Notes: generated by a model not told the origin, from the sequence alone. Shown: positions 10,505 through 22,258, numbered from the stretch's first letter. The stretch is 64,000 nt of DNA from Candidatus Omnitrophota bacterium (GCA_903908245.1 CAIVRE010000006.1:21951-85950); one strand, 5' to 3'. Translations and numbers: made by a program.

Positions 10505-11301
10505 GCGTTGAATAAAAAGTAAAAGATGAATGTAAAGACACAATCGAACATAATGATAAAAATGAACGACCGCACCACCGAAAGCGTGGTGGCCTGGCCG
10601 ACCCCGTCGGCACCTCCCCGCACATTAAGCCCCTCGAAACACCCCACAATAGCGATGATCATCCCGAAGAAAAAAGGCTTCAAAAGCCCGGTAATGATAT
10701 CCTTGAGCGCCAGCGAATCAAAGACCATGCTCCAATAGGTGTGCGGATTGATCGAAAGTTTAAACGCGCAGATCAGGAACCCCCCGCAAATGCCGACCAG
10801 GACCGCGAACAGGGTCAAAATGGGCAGCATCAGGGCCAGGGCCAGAAAACGCGGAACGACCAGATAACGCACAGGGTCGACCGCGAAAGCCCGAAGCGCG
10901 TCCACCTGCTCGGTGACGATCATCGCTCCTATTTCCGCCGTGATCCCCGCACCGACACGTCCGGCCACAATCAGCGCGGTCAGCACCGGCCCCATCTCGC
11001 GCATTAACGATACCGCGATAACGTTCGGGATATAGATCTCGGCCGAAAGCCGCACCATCATATATGCCATCTGCAACGCGATGATCATCCCGATGAAAAA
11101 AGCCACCAGAGAGGAGATCAGGAAACTCCCCGGGCCAACGCGCCTGGCCTGGGACAAAAAACGATACATATTCAAGGGTGTCGAAAGGATACACCAGATC
11201 GTCTGTCCGAAAAGAAGGGTCAGCCTCCCGGTATAAGAAAAGAAATCGAACGCCACGCCGATAACGCGGTTGCCAAAAACGGTTAACATTTTCTGGACCA
11301 T
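10501..11301 (-). CDS. mlaE: MlaE permease
   Basis: REMGPVLTALIVAGRVGAGITAEIGAM..EQVDALR, GGADGVGQATT. Confidence 0.93.
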   Translation of the reverse strand: MVQKMLTVFGNRVIGVAFDFFSYTGRLTLLFGQTIWCILSTPLNMYRFLSQARRVGPGSFLISSLVAFFIGMIIALQMAYMMVRLSAEIYIPNVIAVSLMREMGPVLTALIVAGRVGAGITAEIGAMIVTEQVDALRAFAVDPVRYLVVPRFLALALMLPILTLFAVLVGICGGFLICAFKLSINPHTYWSMVFDSLALKDIITGLLKPFFFGMIIAIVGCFEGLNVRGGADGVGQATTLSVVRSFIFIIMFDCVFTFIFYFLFNA

Positions 11302-11302
11302 A

Positions 11303-12318
11303 TCAAAACCCTATACTTTTCTGTATGCCAACGACCGCCTCGGTGTCCCCCCGGTCATTCTTGGTAAAGAAATATTTCATTTCCGTACGCGTCGCATCCG
11401 GTGATTGCATCCGCTTGAAAACCCATTCCCTGCGGTTATCATCCGCCGTTACCATCGGAAATTTCTTCAGGGCCGCGACCTGTACGGGAAGCCCCGCCCA
11501 GTCGCTCACATCCAGCCCGCCCGCCAGGCGAAAACTTAAGCCCTCGGCCTGCGTGATCAGCGCCTCCTTGATATTGAGCAAAGGATACTGCCCGTCAAAA
11601 TCCAGGCTGATCGTATCATAGTCAAACGCCTTGACCCGGCCGTTATACGCGGCCAGCCGGCCCTGAACATGCGGCCGCGGCCATTTGCCGCTGACATTGA
11701 ACGCACCTTTCATCACCCCGGTGAACATCAACGGATCCGCACTATGAGCCCCGCACACCGCCCGGATGATCGCCGATACCTCCTCGATATCCGCCGAAAC
11801 CACTTCAATGTTCAATTTCATCTGATGCTGCCCCGTCAGCTGAAATTCACCGCCGGCCGAAACACCGCCCGCCCATAACGACTCAATAATGAACTTCCGG
11901 TCACGCACCGCGAACCGGATGCTCGCATCATGCAACGGCGCGTAATTCAAAAGCATATAGGAACTGTTGAATTCCCCGGTAAATTCCCGGGTGCGCGGAT
12001 TATCCCCCTTAACCCTGACATCCCCTTCAAAGACCGCCGCCACATCAAAGTTCGGAAGAGGGACATGGGACACATCCACCTTTAAATGATACATCCCCCG
12101 GCCGGTCATCACGGCATTAAAAGCCAGGCTCCTTTTCCCTTCCGGATGGCCCACCTTGACCTCGGCCCGATCCTGCTTCAGATCAATGAATCCGGAAAAA
12201 GGGATCACGATCTGCGATGCCGGAGCCACGGCCGGAGCGCCCGCGAGAGCCGAAGGACTTGCGCAGGCGGGAGCCATAACACCCCCCCATACCGCTATTA
12301 TAAAGAATGCCCGTCGTA

Positions 12319-12322
<4 letters not shown>
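11303..12322 (-). CDS. Exported beta-rich hypothetical protein, possibly AsmA/TamB-like
   Basis: Signal peptide-like N-terminus; alternating beta-strand pattern (FTGVMKGAFNVSGKWPRPHVQGRL); ends in ...GIQKSIGF; overlaps the clpC stop and abuts mlaE. Confidence 0.55.
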
Positions 12323-14766
<2,444 letters not shown>

Positions 14767-14800
14767 AGATCCCCCTCAATGATTTTTTACGAAAAATATC

Positions 14801-15856
14801 TCAAGCCGCCTTGCGGACCTTCTCACGGATCAGCTGAGCCCGACGGATATCGCGCTCCGCTGAATTGAGCTTGCGTCCTTCGATCTTCTGCAAATGCGCC
14901 GGCTGGATCATAATAAAAAGATCGTTCATCGCCTTGCTGTCGATCTCCTGCAATATCCCCATATCCAGGCCAAGGCGCACCATGGACATCAGCTCAATGG
15001 TCTCCTGGCTGGAAATGATCCTGGAATGTTTCAGGATCCCCCACGCACGGCAGATCTTGTCCTCCAGCATCAGGCGGTTCTGCACCAGCAGCGCCTGACG
15101 CGCCTGCTCTTCCTGTTCCACGATCTGACGGATAAGCCCGTTGATATTCGAAATAATATCCTGTTCGCTGTGCCCCAACGAGACCTGGTTGGATATCTGA
15201 TAAAAATTCCCGATCGCCTGGGTCCCCTCGCCGTAAAACCCGCGCGAAGCAAAGCTCAATTTGGATATCGCCATAAGCACTTTGTTGATCTGGCGCGTCA
15301 TGACAAGGGCGGGAAGATGCAGCATCACCGACCCGCGCATGGCCGTTCCCGTATTCGTCGGACAGGCGGTCAGATACCCCCATTCGGGCAAATACGCATA
15401 ATCCAGCTTTGCGCTGAGCGCATTATCGACGTTGTTGATGATCTCCCAGGTCCCGTCCAGGTTATGGCCGGACTGCATGACCTGGATCCGCAAATGATCC
15501 TCTTCGTTCACCATGACCGACAACGCCTCTTCCTGCGACACCACGACCGCCTTCCCCTGGGGGTTCGACGCGTGGTCGTGGCTCATCAAATGACGTTCCA
15601 CCAGAAATTGCCGGTCCACATTGTCCAGATCACTGAGACGAAAAAAACGGGAATCCTTGAACAAAGGAATGGTATTAACGGACGCCTCGACCGCCGCGAG
15701 GACCGTATCAAGGTCTTTGCGCTGGGCACGGTTCGTAAAAAGGACATCCCTCAAATTACGCGCGAGCCGGATACGCGACGAAAGGACAATATGGGCCTGA
15801 GGCCCTGTCCCCCGGAGCCATTCACCGGTATGATTGATAAGATCATTGAGTTCCAT
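14801..15856 (-). CDS. mcsB: Protein-arginine kinase McsB
   Basis: SSRIRLARN, NEEDHLRIQ, GYLTACPTNTGT, YQISNQ, QPAHLQ. Confidence 0.96.
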   Translation of the reverse strand: MELNDLINHTGEWLRGTGPQAHIVLSSRIRLARNLRDVLFTNRAQRKDLDTVLAAVEASVNTIPLFKDSRFFRLSDLDNVDRQFLVERHLMSHDHASNPQGKAVVVSQEEALSVMVNEEDHLRIQVMQSGHNLDGTWEIINNVDNALSAKLDYAYLPEWGYLTACPTNTGTAMRGSVMLHLPALVMTRQINKVLMAISKLSFASRGFYGEGTQAIGNFYQISNQVSLGHSEQDIISNINGLIRQIVEQEEQARQALLVQNRLMLEDKICRAWGILKHSRIISSQETIELMSMVRLGLDMGILQEIDSKAMNDLFIMIQPAHLQKIEGRKLNSAERDIRRAQLIREKVRKAA

Positions 15857-16396
15857 TCAGCCTTTCTGTTCCAGTTCGCGGATCTTGTCACGAAAAGATG
15901 CCGCCAGTTCAAAATCTTCCTGCTCGATCGCCTGGTGCATCTTGACACGCAAGGTTTCGACCGTATCAACGGCCGAAGCCTCTTCCCGAGGAGCCACTGC
16001 CACGCCATTGGCCGAAGACGGCGCCACCGCCTCCGCACTGCCGGTGGCCAGTTTCTTCCCCAAATGGACATTCGAACCATGGATCTTCTTTAACAACGCT
16101 TTCAAATGAACTGTAAACGCAACATAACATTTTGCGCAACCGAATCGCCCGAACTTCCGGAAATCCTCGTAAGACAACCCGCACGCCGGGCACAAAAGCG
16201 CTTCTTTCTGAACTTCAGGGATATGCTTGCCGAAATCCGTCAGGCCTGCCAGCAGGTCGGCCAGCCCGAACTGCTGCTCCATATGCTGGCTCTGATCACG
16301 CGCGCAATCCTCGCACAAATGCATTTCGGCAGCCTTCCCGTCGACGATCTCGGTCAGATGAACAGTGGCTTTCTTTGAGCATTTATCGCATTTCAT
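15857..16396 (-). CDS. mcsA: McsA activator (CXXC motifs plus UVR domain)
   Basis: Four CXXC motifs (CDKC, CEDC, CPAC, CAKC) and C-terminal EDFELAASFRDKI. Confidence 0.94.
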   Translation of the reverse strand: MKCDKCSKKATVHLTEIVDGKAAEMHLCEDCARDQSQHMEQQFGLADLLAGLTDFGKHIPEVQKEALLCPACGLSYEDFRKFGRFGCAKCYVAFTVHLKALLKKIHGSNVHLGKKLATGSAEAVAPSSANGVAVAPREEASAVDTVETLRVKMHQAIEQEDFELAASFRDKIRELEQKG

Positions 16397-17262
16397 GAGA
16401 ACTTCACCCCATCCTGACGCGTAACTTCGTGAAAAAGTTTAAGCAGTTCAAGTGTCAGAGGCCCCGGTTTGCCATTACCGATCGGCCGGCCATCGATCTT
16501 GACCACAGGAATAAGCTCGGCAGCGGTACCGGTCAAAAAAACCTCATCGGCATTATAAAACTCATGCCGGGTGATCAGTGTTTCCTGCACATCCAGCTTC
16601 AGCTTCTTTACCGCCAGCACCATCACCGCATCGCGCGTGATCCCGCGCAACCGCCCCTGCTGCGGCGTTTTAAGAATGCCCCCCTTGATCATAAAAATAT
16701 TATCGCCCGTGCACTCAGCCACATAACCGCTGCCGTCAAGCATGATCGCTTCCGGCACGCCGGCGTTATTCGCCTCGATCTTGGCCAGGATATTATTAAG
16801 ATAATTCAATGACTTCAGCTGAGGATTGATCGCCTCAGGATGATTGCGCATCGTCGGGACCGTCACAATGGTCAGCCCGTTCTTGTACATTTCGTCCGGA
16901 TACAAAGTGATCTTGTCGGCGATAATAATGATATTGGGGCTGCCCTTGCATTTACGCGGGTCCAGGCCAAGGTCTCCATCCCCGCGGGTGATCACCAGGC
17001 GAATATATCCGTCACGCAAATTATTGGCCTGCAATGTTTTTACCACCGCATCGATCATCTGCTCTTTCGTAAGCCCCACATTGATCATCATGGTATGACA
17101 AGTCTCGTACAGACGGTCAATATGTTCCTGAAGCTTAAAAACCACCCCGCTGTAAGCACGGATCCCTTCAAAAGCCCCGTCCCCGTACAAAAGGCCATGA
17201 TCGAACACCGACACACGAGCATCCTCTTTTTCAACCCATTTTCCATTAAGATAAATTTTCAT
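16393..17262 (-). CDS. ilvE: Branched-chain amino acid aminotransferase (PLP class IV)
   Basis: DHGLLYGDGAFEGIR, KSLNYLNN, ECTGDNIF, GITR, EVFLTGTAAE. Confidence 0.95.
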   Translation of the reverse strand: MKIYLNGKWVEKEDARVSVFDHGLLYGDGAFEGIRAYSGVVFKLQEHIDRLYETCHTMMINVGLTKEQMIDAVVKTLQANNLRDGYIRLVITRGDGDLGLDPRKCKGSPNIIIIADKITLYPDEMYKNGLTIVTVPTMRNHPEAINPQLKSLNYLNNILAKIEANNAGVPEAIMLDGSGYVAECTGDNIFMIKGGILKTPQQGRLRGITRDAVMVLAVKKLKLDVQETLITRHEFYNADEVFLTGTAAELIPVVKIDGRPIGNGKPGPLTLELLKLFHEVTRQDGVKFS

Positions 17263-17288
17263 ATCAATATCTCCATTAAGTTTAGAAT

Positions 17289-17316
17289 ATTATACTTAAA
17301 TAAGTATTTATTGCTA
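17289..17316 (-). promoter_or_regulatory. Putative sigma70 promoter of the ilvE-mcsA-mcsB-clpC operon with an internal palindrome
   Basis: Minus strand TAGCAA-N16-TATAAT; ATACTTA-AA-TAAGTAT inverted repeat at 17292-17307. Confidence 0.55.
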
Positions 17317-17394
17317 TTGGATTTAGAGAGGATTTGTCGCAACCATTCGAAGACAGTTGCATAATAAAGATATTTTATACTCTTGTTACGCTTT

Positions 17395-17440
17395 GTTCGC
17401 TCGCGGGTCCTGCCGCCTTCGGCGTCACCCGCTCGCTCAC
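17395..17440. repeat. GC-rich nested hairpin (REP-like)
   Basis: GCGGGT/ACCCGC stem enclosing CGCC-GAA-GGCG (minus strand), flanked by GAGCGAGC/GCGAGCGAAC tracts, within AT-rich DNA. Confidence 0.5.
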
Positions 17441-17480
17441 ACGCGTTTTCTAAGGACAAATAGAAACATATTATGTATTT

Positions 17481-17744
17481 AAGCGGCTTTGCCGCACCCA
17501 TGCTATCAAGCCGCAATTCACGGAATAATCTGTCTGTGAGCAATCAGATGATTTTTGGCAAAAGTCTCCGAAGATTTACGTAAAAACGTAATCATGACCG
17601 GCTCGCTTGTGCTCTCTTTGATGCGAGAGCGGTTTATGTGTTTTACGTTTTTATGTAAATCGAAGGAGACGGCAAAAATCATCGCGAACAGACAGGTTAT
17701 TCCGTGAATAACAAGGCGGCATATTATGGCAGGCAAAGCGACTT
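17481..17744 (+). ncRNA. Putative long rod-shaped structured RNA (or ssDNA foldback) of unknown class
   Basis: Manually traced end-to-end pairing, with helices of about 22, 11, 6 and 19 bp plus outer and apical short helices. G-U type pairs occur only on the + strand. TATTAT lies at 17469-17474. Confidence 0.6.
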
Positions 17745-17784
17745 TGAAGAAATCGTCTGCCCACACAAATATACTTCAAAGGAT

Positions 17785-18459
17785 TCAGACACCCAAAACA
17801 CCGTCTTTAATGCGGACGGTGCGGGCGACGCGGCGGGCAAGGAACTCGTCATGCGTAACAATGATCAAGGTGCGGTTTTCGCGGGCATTAAGAGAAAATA
17901 AACAATCGATCACGGCATTGCCCGAAGCGGAGTCCAAGTTACCGGTAGGCTCATCGCACAAAAGCAGCGCAGGATCATTGATCAGGGCGCGCGCCACGGC
18001 GACCCGCTGCTGTTCCCCGCCGGATAACTGATTCGGCTTATGGTCCAGACGCCCCCCCAGTCCGACTTCCTCAAGGCGCTTCACCGCTTTTGCCTCGATC
18101 GCGCGCGTCCTGGAACCGAGATCCCCTCCCACCATCAGCGGGAGCATCACATTTTCCAGTGCCGTAAGGTCCCCAAGCAAGTGATAGAACTGAAAAACAA
18201 AACCAATGGTCGAATTGCGCAGCCGGGAACGGTCACTGTCCGACAACCGGTACAGGTCTTTTCCATTAAGCGCTACCGTTCCCCCGTCAGGACGGTCCAG
18301 CCCGCCCATGATATGGAGCAGCGTCGACTTGCCTGCGCCGGAAGGCCCGACAACAGCCAGGGTCTCACCCGCGCTCACCGCAAGGCTCACATCTTTAAGC
18401 ACGTCCACGCGTTTTTGCGTATCGGTATACGACCTCGTGACATTCTTTATGTCCAGCAT
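17785..18459 (-). CDS. lolD: Lipoprotein-releasing ABC ATPase LolD
   Basis: GPSGAGKSTLL, GFVFQFYHLL, LSGGEQQRVA, DEPTGNLD; follows lolC/E. Confidence 0.92.
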   Translation of the reverse strand: MLDIKNVTRSYTDTQKRVDVLKDVSLAVSAGETLAVVGPSGAGKSTLLHIMGGLDRPDGGTVALNGKDLYRLSDSDRSRLRNSTIGFVFQFYHLLGDLTALENVMLPLMVGGDLGSRTRAIEAKAVKRLEEVGLGGRLDHKPNQLSGGEQQRVAVARALINDPALLLCDEPTGNLDSASGNAVIDCLFSLNARENRTLIIVTHDEFLARRVARTVRIKDGVLGV

Positions 18460-19661
18460 TATTGGTACCTCAACGCTTCCACCGGCTCAAGGCTGGCAGC
18501 CTTTGCCGATGGATAGATCGTCGCCAGGAAACTGATAAGCATCGCGCTGCCGGTGATCAAAAGCACATCGTTGAGCTGGATCAGGACCGGAAGATGATCG
18601 ATATAATAAACCGTTTGAGGAAGCTTGATCAGCTCGGTCTCTCTTAAAACATAAGCGATCCCAAGCCCTCCGAGCAAACCCCAGAAAGTCCCGATAAATC
18701 CCAACGCCAGGCCATAAAGCGTGAATACCCGCCTGATCGCGGACGCCGGGACCCCGATGGAACGAAGGATGCCGATATCTTTCGTCTTGCTGGTGACCGT
18801 TACGATCAGCGTGCTGATAATATTGAACGACGCCACCAGAACGATCAATATAAGGATAATGAACATGGCGAACTTCTCGAGGTTCAGTGCCTCGAAGAAA
18901 TTCGCGTTCTGTTCGATCCAGGTGCGCACTTCATACGCGAACCCGACCTGAGCGCGGATAGCCTCTTTGACCTCGCCGGCCTTATCAATATTGTCCAGCT
19001 TTACACCGATGCCGGAGACGATATCCAGCGGCAAATTAAAGACCTCCTGCGCATTCTGATAATCCACCAGGATCAGGTTGCGGTCATAATCATACATGCC
19101 GGAATTAAAAATAGCCGCGACCTTGAACTTGTAACGCCAGCCGTCCCCTGCCACCCCCGATACAGGCGACAGCAAAGAGATCTCGTCACCCACTTTATAG
19201 CCGTAATAACGCGCCAGCTCTTTGCCGATGATGACCTTGTCCTGCTCCAGATCCTTGACCTTGAACCCTTTTTGAAGATACTTGTCGATCTTGGTGACAT
19301 TCCCTTCATTCTTCGGATCAATACCGCGCAATATCAGCCCCGACGCACGGTTACCGCTCTCCAAAAAAACATTCCCCAGGACATAAGGCGAAGCGCCCGC
19401 CACGCCCTTGATCCGCGCCACCTTGTTACGCAAGGCCTCAAAACCCTTCACGCCATTCTCGCGTTCAATGACAATATGAGCGTTAGTCCCAACGATCTTG
19501 TCGCGCAGGTCCCGGTCGAACCCGGTCATCACGCCAATGACCACAATAAGCGCGGCCACCCCGATGGCAATGCCCAGGATCGATACCCAGTTGATCAACG
19601 CCAGGAATTTATCCTTCTTCGCGATCAAATACCGGTAGGCGATCCAGGGAACGTAGTTCAT
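18459..19661 (-). CDS. lolE: Lipoprotein-releasing ABC permease LolC/E
   Basis: GIAIGVAALIVVIGVMTGF, VASFNIISTL, YYIDHLP, LEPVEALRY. Confidence 0.9.
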   Translation of the reverse strand: MNYVPWIAYRYLIAKKDKFLALINWVSILGIAIGVAALIVVIGVMTGFDRDLRDKIVGTNAHIVIERENGVKGFEALRNKVARIKGVAGASPYVLGNVFLESGNRASGLILRGIDPKNEGNVTKIDKYLQKGFKVKDLEQDKVIIGKELARYYGYKVGDEISLLSPVSGVAGDGWRYKFKVAAIFNSGMYDYDRNLILVDYQNAQEVFNLPLDIVSGIGVKLDNIDKAGEVKEAIRAQVGFAYEVRTWIEQNANFFEALNLEKFAMFIILILIVLVASFNIISTLIVTVTSKTKDIGILRSIGVPASAIRRVFTLYGLALGFIGTFWGLLGGLGIAYVLRETELIKLPQTVYYIDHLPVLIQLNDVLLITGSAMLISFLATIYPSAKAASLEPVEALRYQ

Positions 19662-21104
19662 TTATTCCTGAGGTTTCATTAAGGGAAAGAGAATAACATC
19701 CCGGATACTCAACGAATTGGTCAGCAGCATCACCAGGCGGTCAATACCGATCCCCAAACCACCGGCCGGGGGCATGCCATATTCCAAGGCCCGCACAAAA
19801 TCCTCATCGATATTGCGCAACCCGGTCTCGGTGTCATCCTGCAGGTCCTCCAACAACCGCGCGCGCTGTTCCTGCGGGTCATTGAGCTCCGAATAAGCGT
19901 TGCCCACTTCCATTCCGGCGATAAAGAACTCGAACCTTTTGGAAAGAGCAGGATTCGCCGGATCGGTCTTGGCCAGCGGACACAGGAACGTAAAATAATC
20001 CGTGAAGAACACCGGATCCATGGTGGCATCCTCGTCCAGGACTTCCTCGACGATCTTCATGATGTTCGACTTGGTGAGCTTGTCCATCTTGTAATTCCCG
20101 GGACGCTTCGCCTTGACCTTGGACAGCATCACTTCCGCCGAATCCGTTGGATCGATATCGAACTTGTCCTTGATAAGCCCGGCAAAAGAAACACGCTTCC
20201 AGGGCGTCGTAAAATCGATCGTATGCTCCCCGAATTTCACTTTATAGTCCCCCGTGATATCCTTGGCCAGGGAACTGATGAGCGTTTCGGTGATATCCAT
20301 CATATCCTGCATATCGCCATAGGCCTGATACAGCTCGAGCATGGTGAATTCAGGATTATGACGGGTCGACACGCCTTCATTGCGGAAATTCCGGTTGATC
20401 TCATAAACCCTGTCTAGCCCGCCAACGAGCAAACGCTTGAGATACAGCTCGGGCGCGATGCGCAAGAACACATCCATATTATAGGCATTATGCTTCGACT
20501 GGAACGGACGGCCGCGCGCACCGCCGGCCTGTGTCTGAAGCATGGGAGTCTCGACTTCCAGAAAACGGCGGGTATCAAGAAAATTGCGGATATAAGAAAC
20601 GATCTTGCTGCGCTTGATGAATACGTCCCGCACTTCGGGATTTGCGATCATATCCACATAACGCTGACGATAACGGATATCCACATCCTTGAGGCCATGC
20701 CACTTTTCCGGCAAACACATGAGCGACTTTGACAGCACCGCGAATTTCTCGACACGCAAACTCTGCTGGCCGGTGCGGGTAATAAAAAGCTTGCCTTCGG
20801 CACTGATAATATCACCGATATCAAGCAACTTGAAGACATCCCACTGGTCCGCCAGCACGGCCTCCTTGAAGAACAGCTGCAAACGGCCCGTCTGGTCCAT
20901 CAGGTCGCAAAAGCAAACCTTGCCCTGGTCGCGCTTCGACATGATGCGCCCGGCCGTGAACGCCGGCTTTTCTTCGGCGAAACATTTCAGCACATCAACG
21001 ACCGGCTCCAATCCCTGCACCCGCCCGCCGTAAGGGTTCAAGCCCTTTTCGCGAAGCGCATTTAACTTCTGGATACGGAACTGCTTTATTTCGTCGATCT
21101 CCAC
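19662..21104 (-). CDS. lysS: Lysyl-tRNA synthetase class II
   Basis: RYRQRYVD, LRIAPELYLKRL, FRNEG..HNPEFT, YGMPPAGGLGIGIDRL. Confidence 0.98.
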   Translation of the reverse strand: MEIDEIKQFRIQKLNALREKGLNPYGGRVQGLEPVVDVLKCFAEEKPAFTAGRIMSKRDQGKVCFCDLMDQTGRLQLFFKEAVLADQWDVFKLLDIGDIISAEGKLFITRTGQQSLRVEKFAVLSKSLMCLPEKWHGLKDVDIRYRQRYVDMIANPEVRDVFIKRSKIVSYIRNFLDTRRFLEVETPMLQTQAGGARGRPFQSKHNAYNMDVFLRIAPELYLKRLLVGGLDRVYEINRNFRNEGVSTRHNPEFTMLELYQAYGDMQDMMDITETLISSLAKDITGDYKVKFGEHTIDFTTPWKRVSFAGLIKDKFDIDPTDSAEVMLSKVKAKRPGNYKMDKLTKSNIMKIVEEVLDEDATMDPVFFTDYFTFLCPLAKTDPANPALSKRFEFFIAGMEVGNAYSELNDPQEQRARLLEDLQDDTETGLRNIDEDFVRALEYGMPPAGGLGIGIDRLVMLLTNSLSIRDVILFPLMKPQE

Positions 21105-21127
21105 AGGAATACCTCATTGATTGTAAT

Positions 21128-21267
21128 TGAAAAGATCTGTCCCGCATGGATTCGGCGCCCTCCAGTCGCCCTTCGGGCTCCTTTCGGGTCGGCCATCCGC
21201 CCCGCCTTTAGTTTGCTCCTGTTCGTCGCAAACAGCGGGGCTCCTTCGAATCCACCATTTACTTAAC
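21128..21267 (-). repeat. 140-bp tRNA-linked structured element ending in a duplicated tRNA-Gln 3' end
   Basis: Direct repeat 21128-21154 versus 21268-21294 (26/27 identical). TGGATTCG/CGAATCCA inverted repeat enclosing nested hairpins. Confidence 0.8.
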
Positions 21268-21276
21268 TGAAAAAAT

Positions 21277-21347
21277 CTGTCCCGCATGGATTCGAACCAT
21301 GGCTCACGCCTCCAAAGGGCGGTGTGCTACCATTACACCACAGGACA
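21277..21347 (-). tRNA. tRNA-Gln (UUG), CCA not encoded
   Basis: TGTCCTG acceptor stem pairing CGGGACA, anticodon loop CT-TTG-GA, T arm CATGG-TTCGAAT-CCATG; located downstream of ispE. Confidence 0.93.
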
Positions 21348-21355
21348 ATGATCAT

Positions 21356-22258
21356 TTACGCCGTACGCACCACAAAAACCTGCCTGTACTTCCGGCGAAA
21401 GACTTCAGCGATATTTTCAGCCTCGGCCCGCGTGCGCGTCAACGCAAAAATGGACGGCCCGCTGCCGGAAAAACATACCCCGGCGCCTGCCAGCTGCTGC
21501 ACCCGCGCCTTTAACTTCAACAAACCCGGGCGAAGGGCCCCGATAGGGCCCTGAAGATCATTGAACACCAACCTCTGCGCACCCGCGGCATCATTCGATC
21601 CCAACGAACGGATGAGCATCGTAACATCGGCTGATTTCTTTGTCAAACCGGCAACATCTCCGGCGAGAAACCGCTGCGCGTAAACACCATAAACATCTTT
21701 GGTCAAGAGCGGCTGTTCTGCCGTTATAAGAACATGCCAGAATCGATGCCTGACCGGCAGCTTCCTGATCCTGTCGCCACGAAGGGTCCCTTGCGCAAAC
21801 GGCACATCATATAAGAAGAATGCCACATCACTCCCGATCTTCTTCGCCAGCCGGATCAATGCTGCCCGCGACAACTTCAACTTCCACAATCGGTTTAAGC
21901 CCAGCAATGCCGTGGCCGCGTTACTCGACCCGCCCGCCAAGCCCGCTGCCACAGGGATATTCTTTTCAATATGGACCCGCACGCCTTTGCAGGTCTTCGT
22001 TGCTTCACGAAGAACAAGCGCGGCTTTATACACCAGGTTACGCCCGTCCACAGGAACACCCGGATGACTGCACGAAATATGAATACCATCATCGCCGGAA
22101 ACTGAAAAAGCCAGGGTATCTTCCAGGTCGATGCGTTCAAAAACAGTGTTTAACGTATGAAACCCGTCCGGCCGCCGCCCGGTGATCTGCAGGGCAAGGT
22201 TCAATTTTGCCGGCGATACCAGAATGAACGGCTTATTTGACTTTCTTGCTTTGGGCAT
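21356..22258 (-). CDS. ispE: 4-diphosphocytidyl-2-C-methyl-D-erythritol kinase
   Basis: PAKLNL, KNIPVAAGLAGGSSNAA, IGSDVAFF, SGSGP; start at ATG 22258. Confidence 0.96.
   Translation of the reverse strand: MPKARKSNKPFILVSPAKLNLALQITGRRPDGFHTLNTVFERIDLEDTLAFSVSGDDGIHISCSHPGVPVDGRNLVYKAALVLREATKTCKGVRVHIEKNIPVAAGLAGGSSNAATALLGLNRLWKLKLSRAALIRLAKKIGSDVAFFLYDVPFAQGTLRGDRIRKLPVRHRFWHVLITAEQPLLTKDVYGVYAQRFLAGDVAGLTKKSADVTMLIRSLGSNDAAGAQRLVFNDLQGPIGALRPGLLKLKARVQQLAGAGVCFSGSGPSIFALTRTRAEAENIAEVFRRKYRQVFVVRTA
21618..21646 (-). promoter_or_regulatory. Near-consensus sigma70 promoter inside ispE, probably driving tRNA-Gln-lysS-lol
   Basis: TTGACA-N17-TACGAT with extended -10 TG. Confidence 0.6.

Noticed and set aside
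17259-17766. Short ORFs 17259-17543 and 17518-17766 (minus) and 17704-17901 (plus) in the ilvE-lolD gap
   Set aside because: No recognisable motifs or SD, atypical composition. The region is better explained by promoters and the foldback structure.
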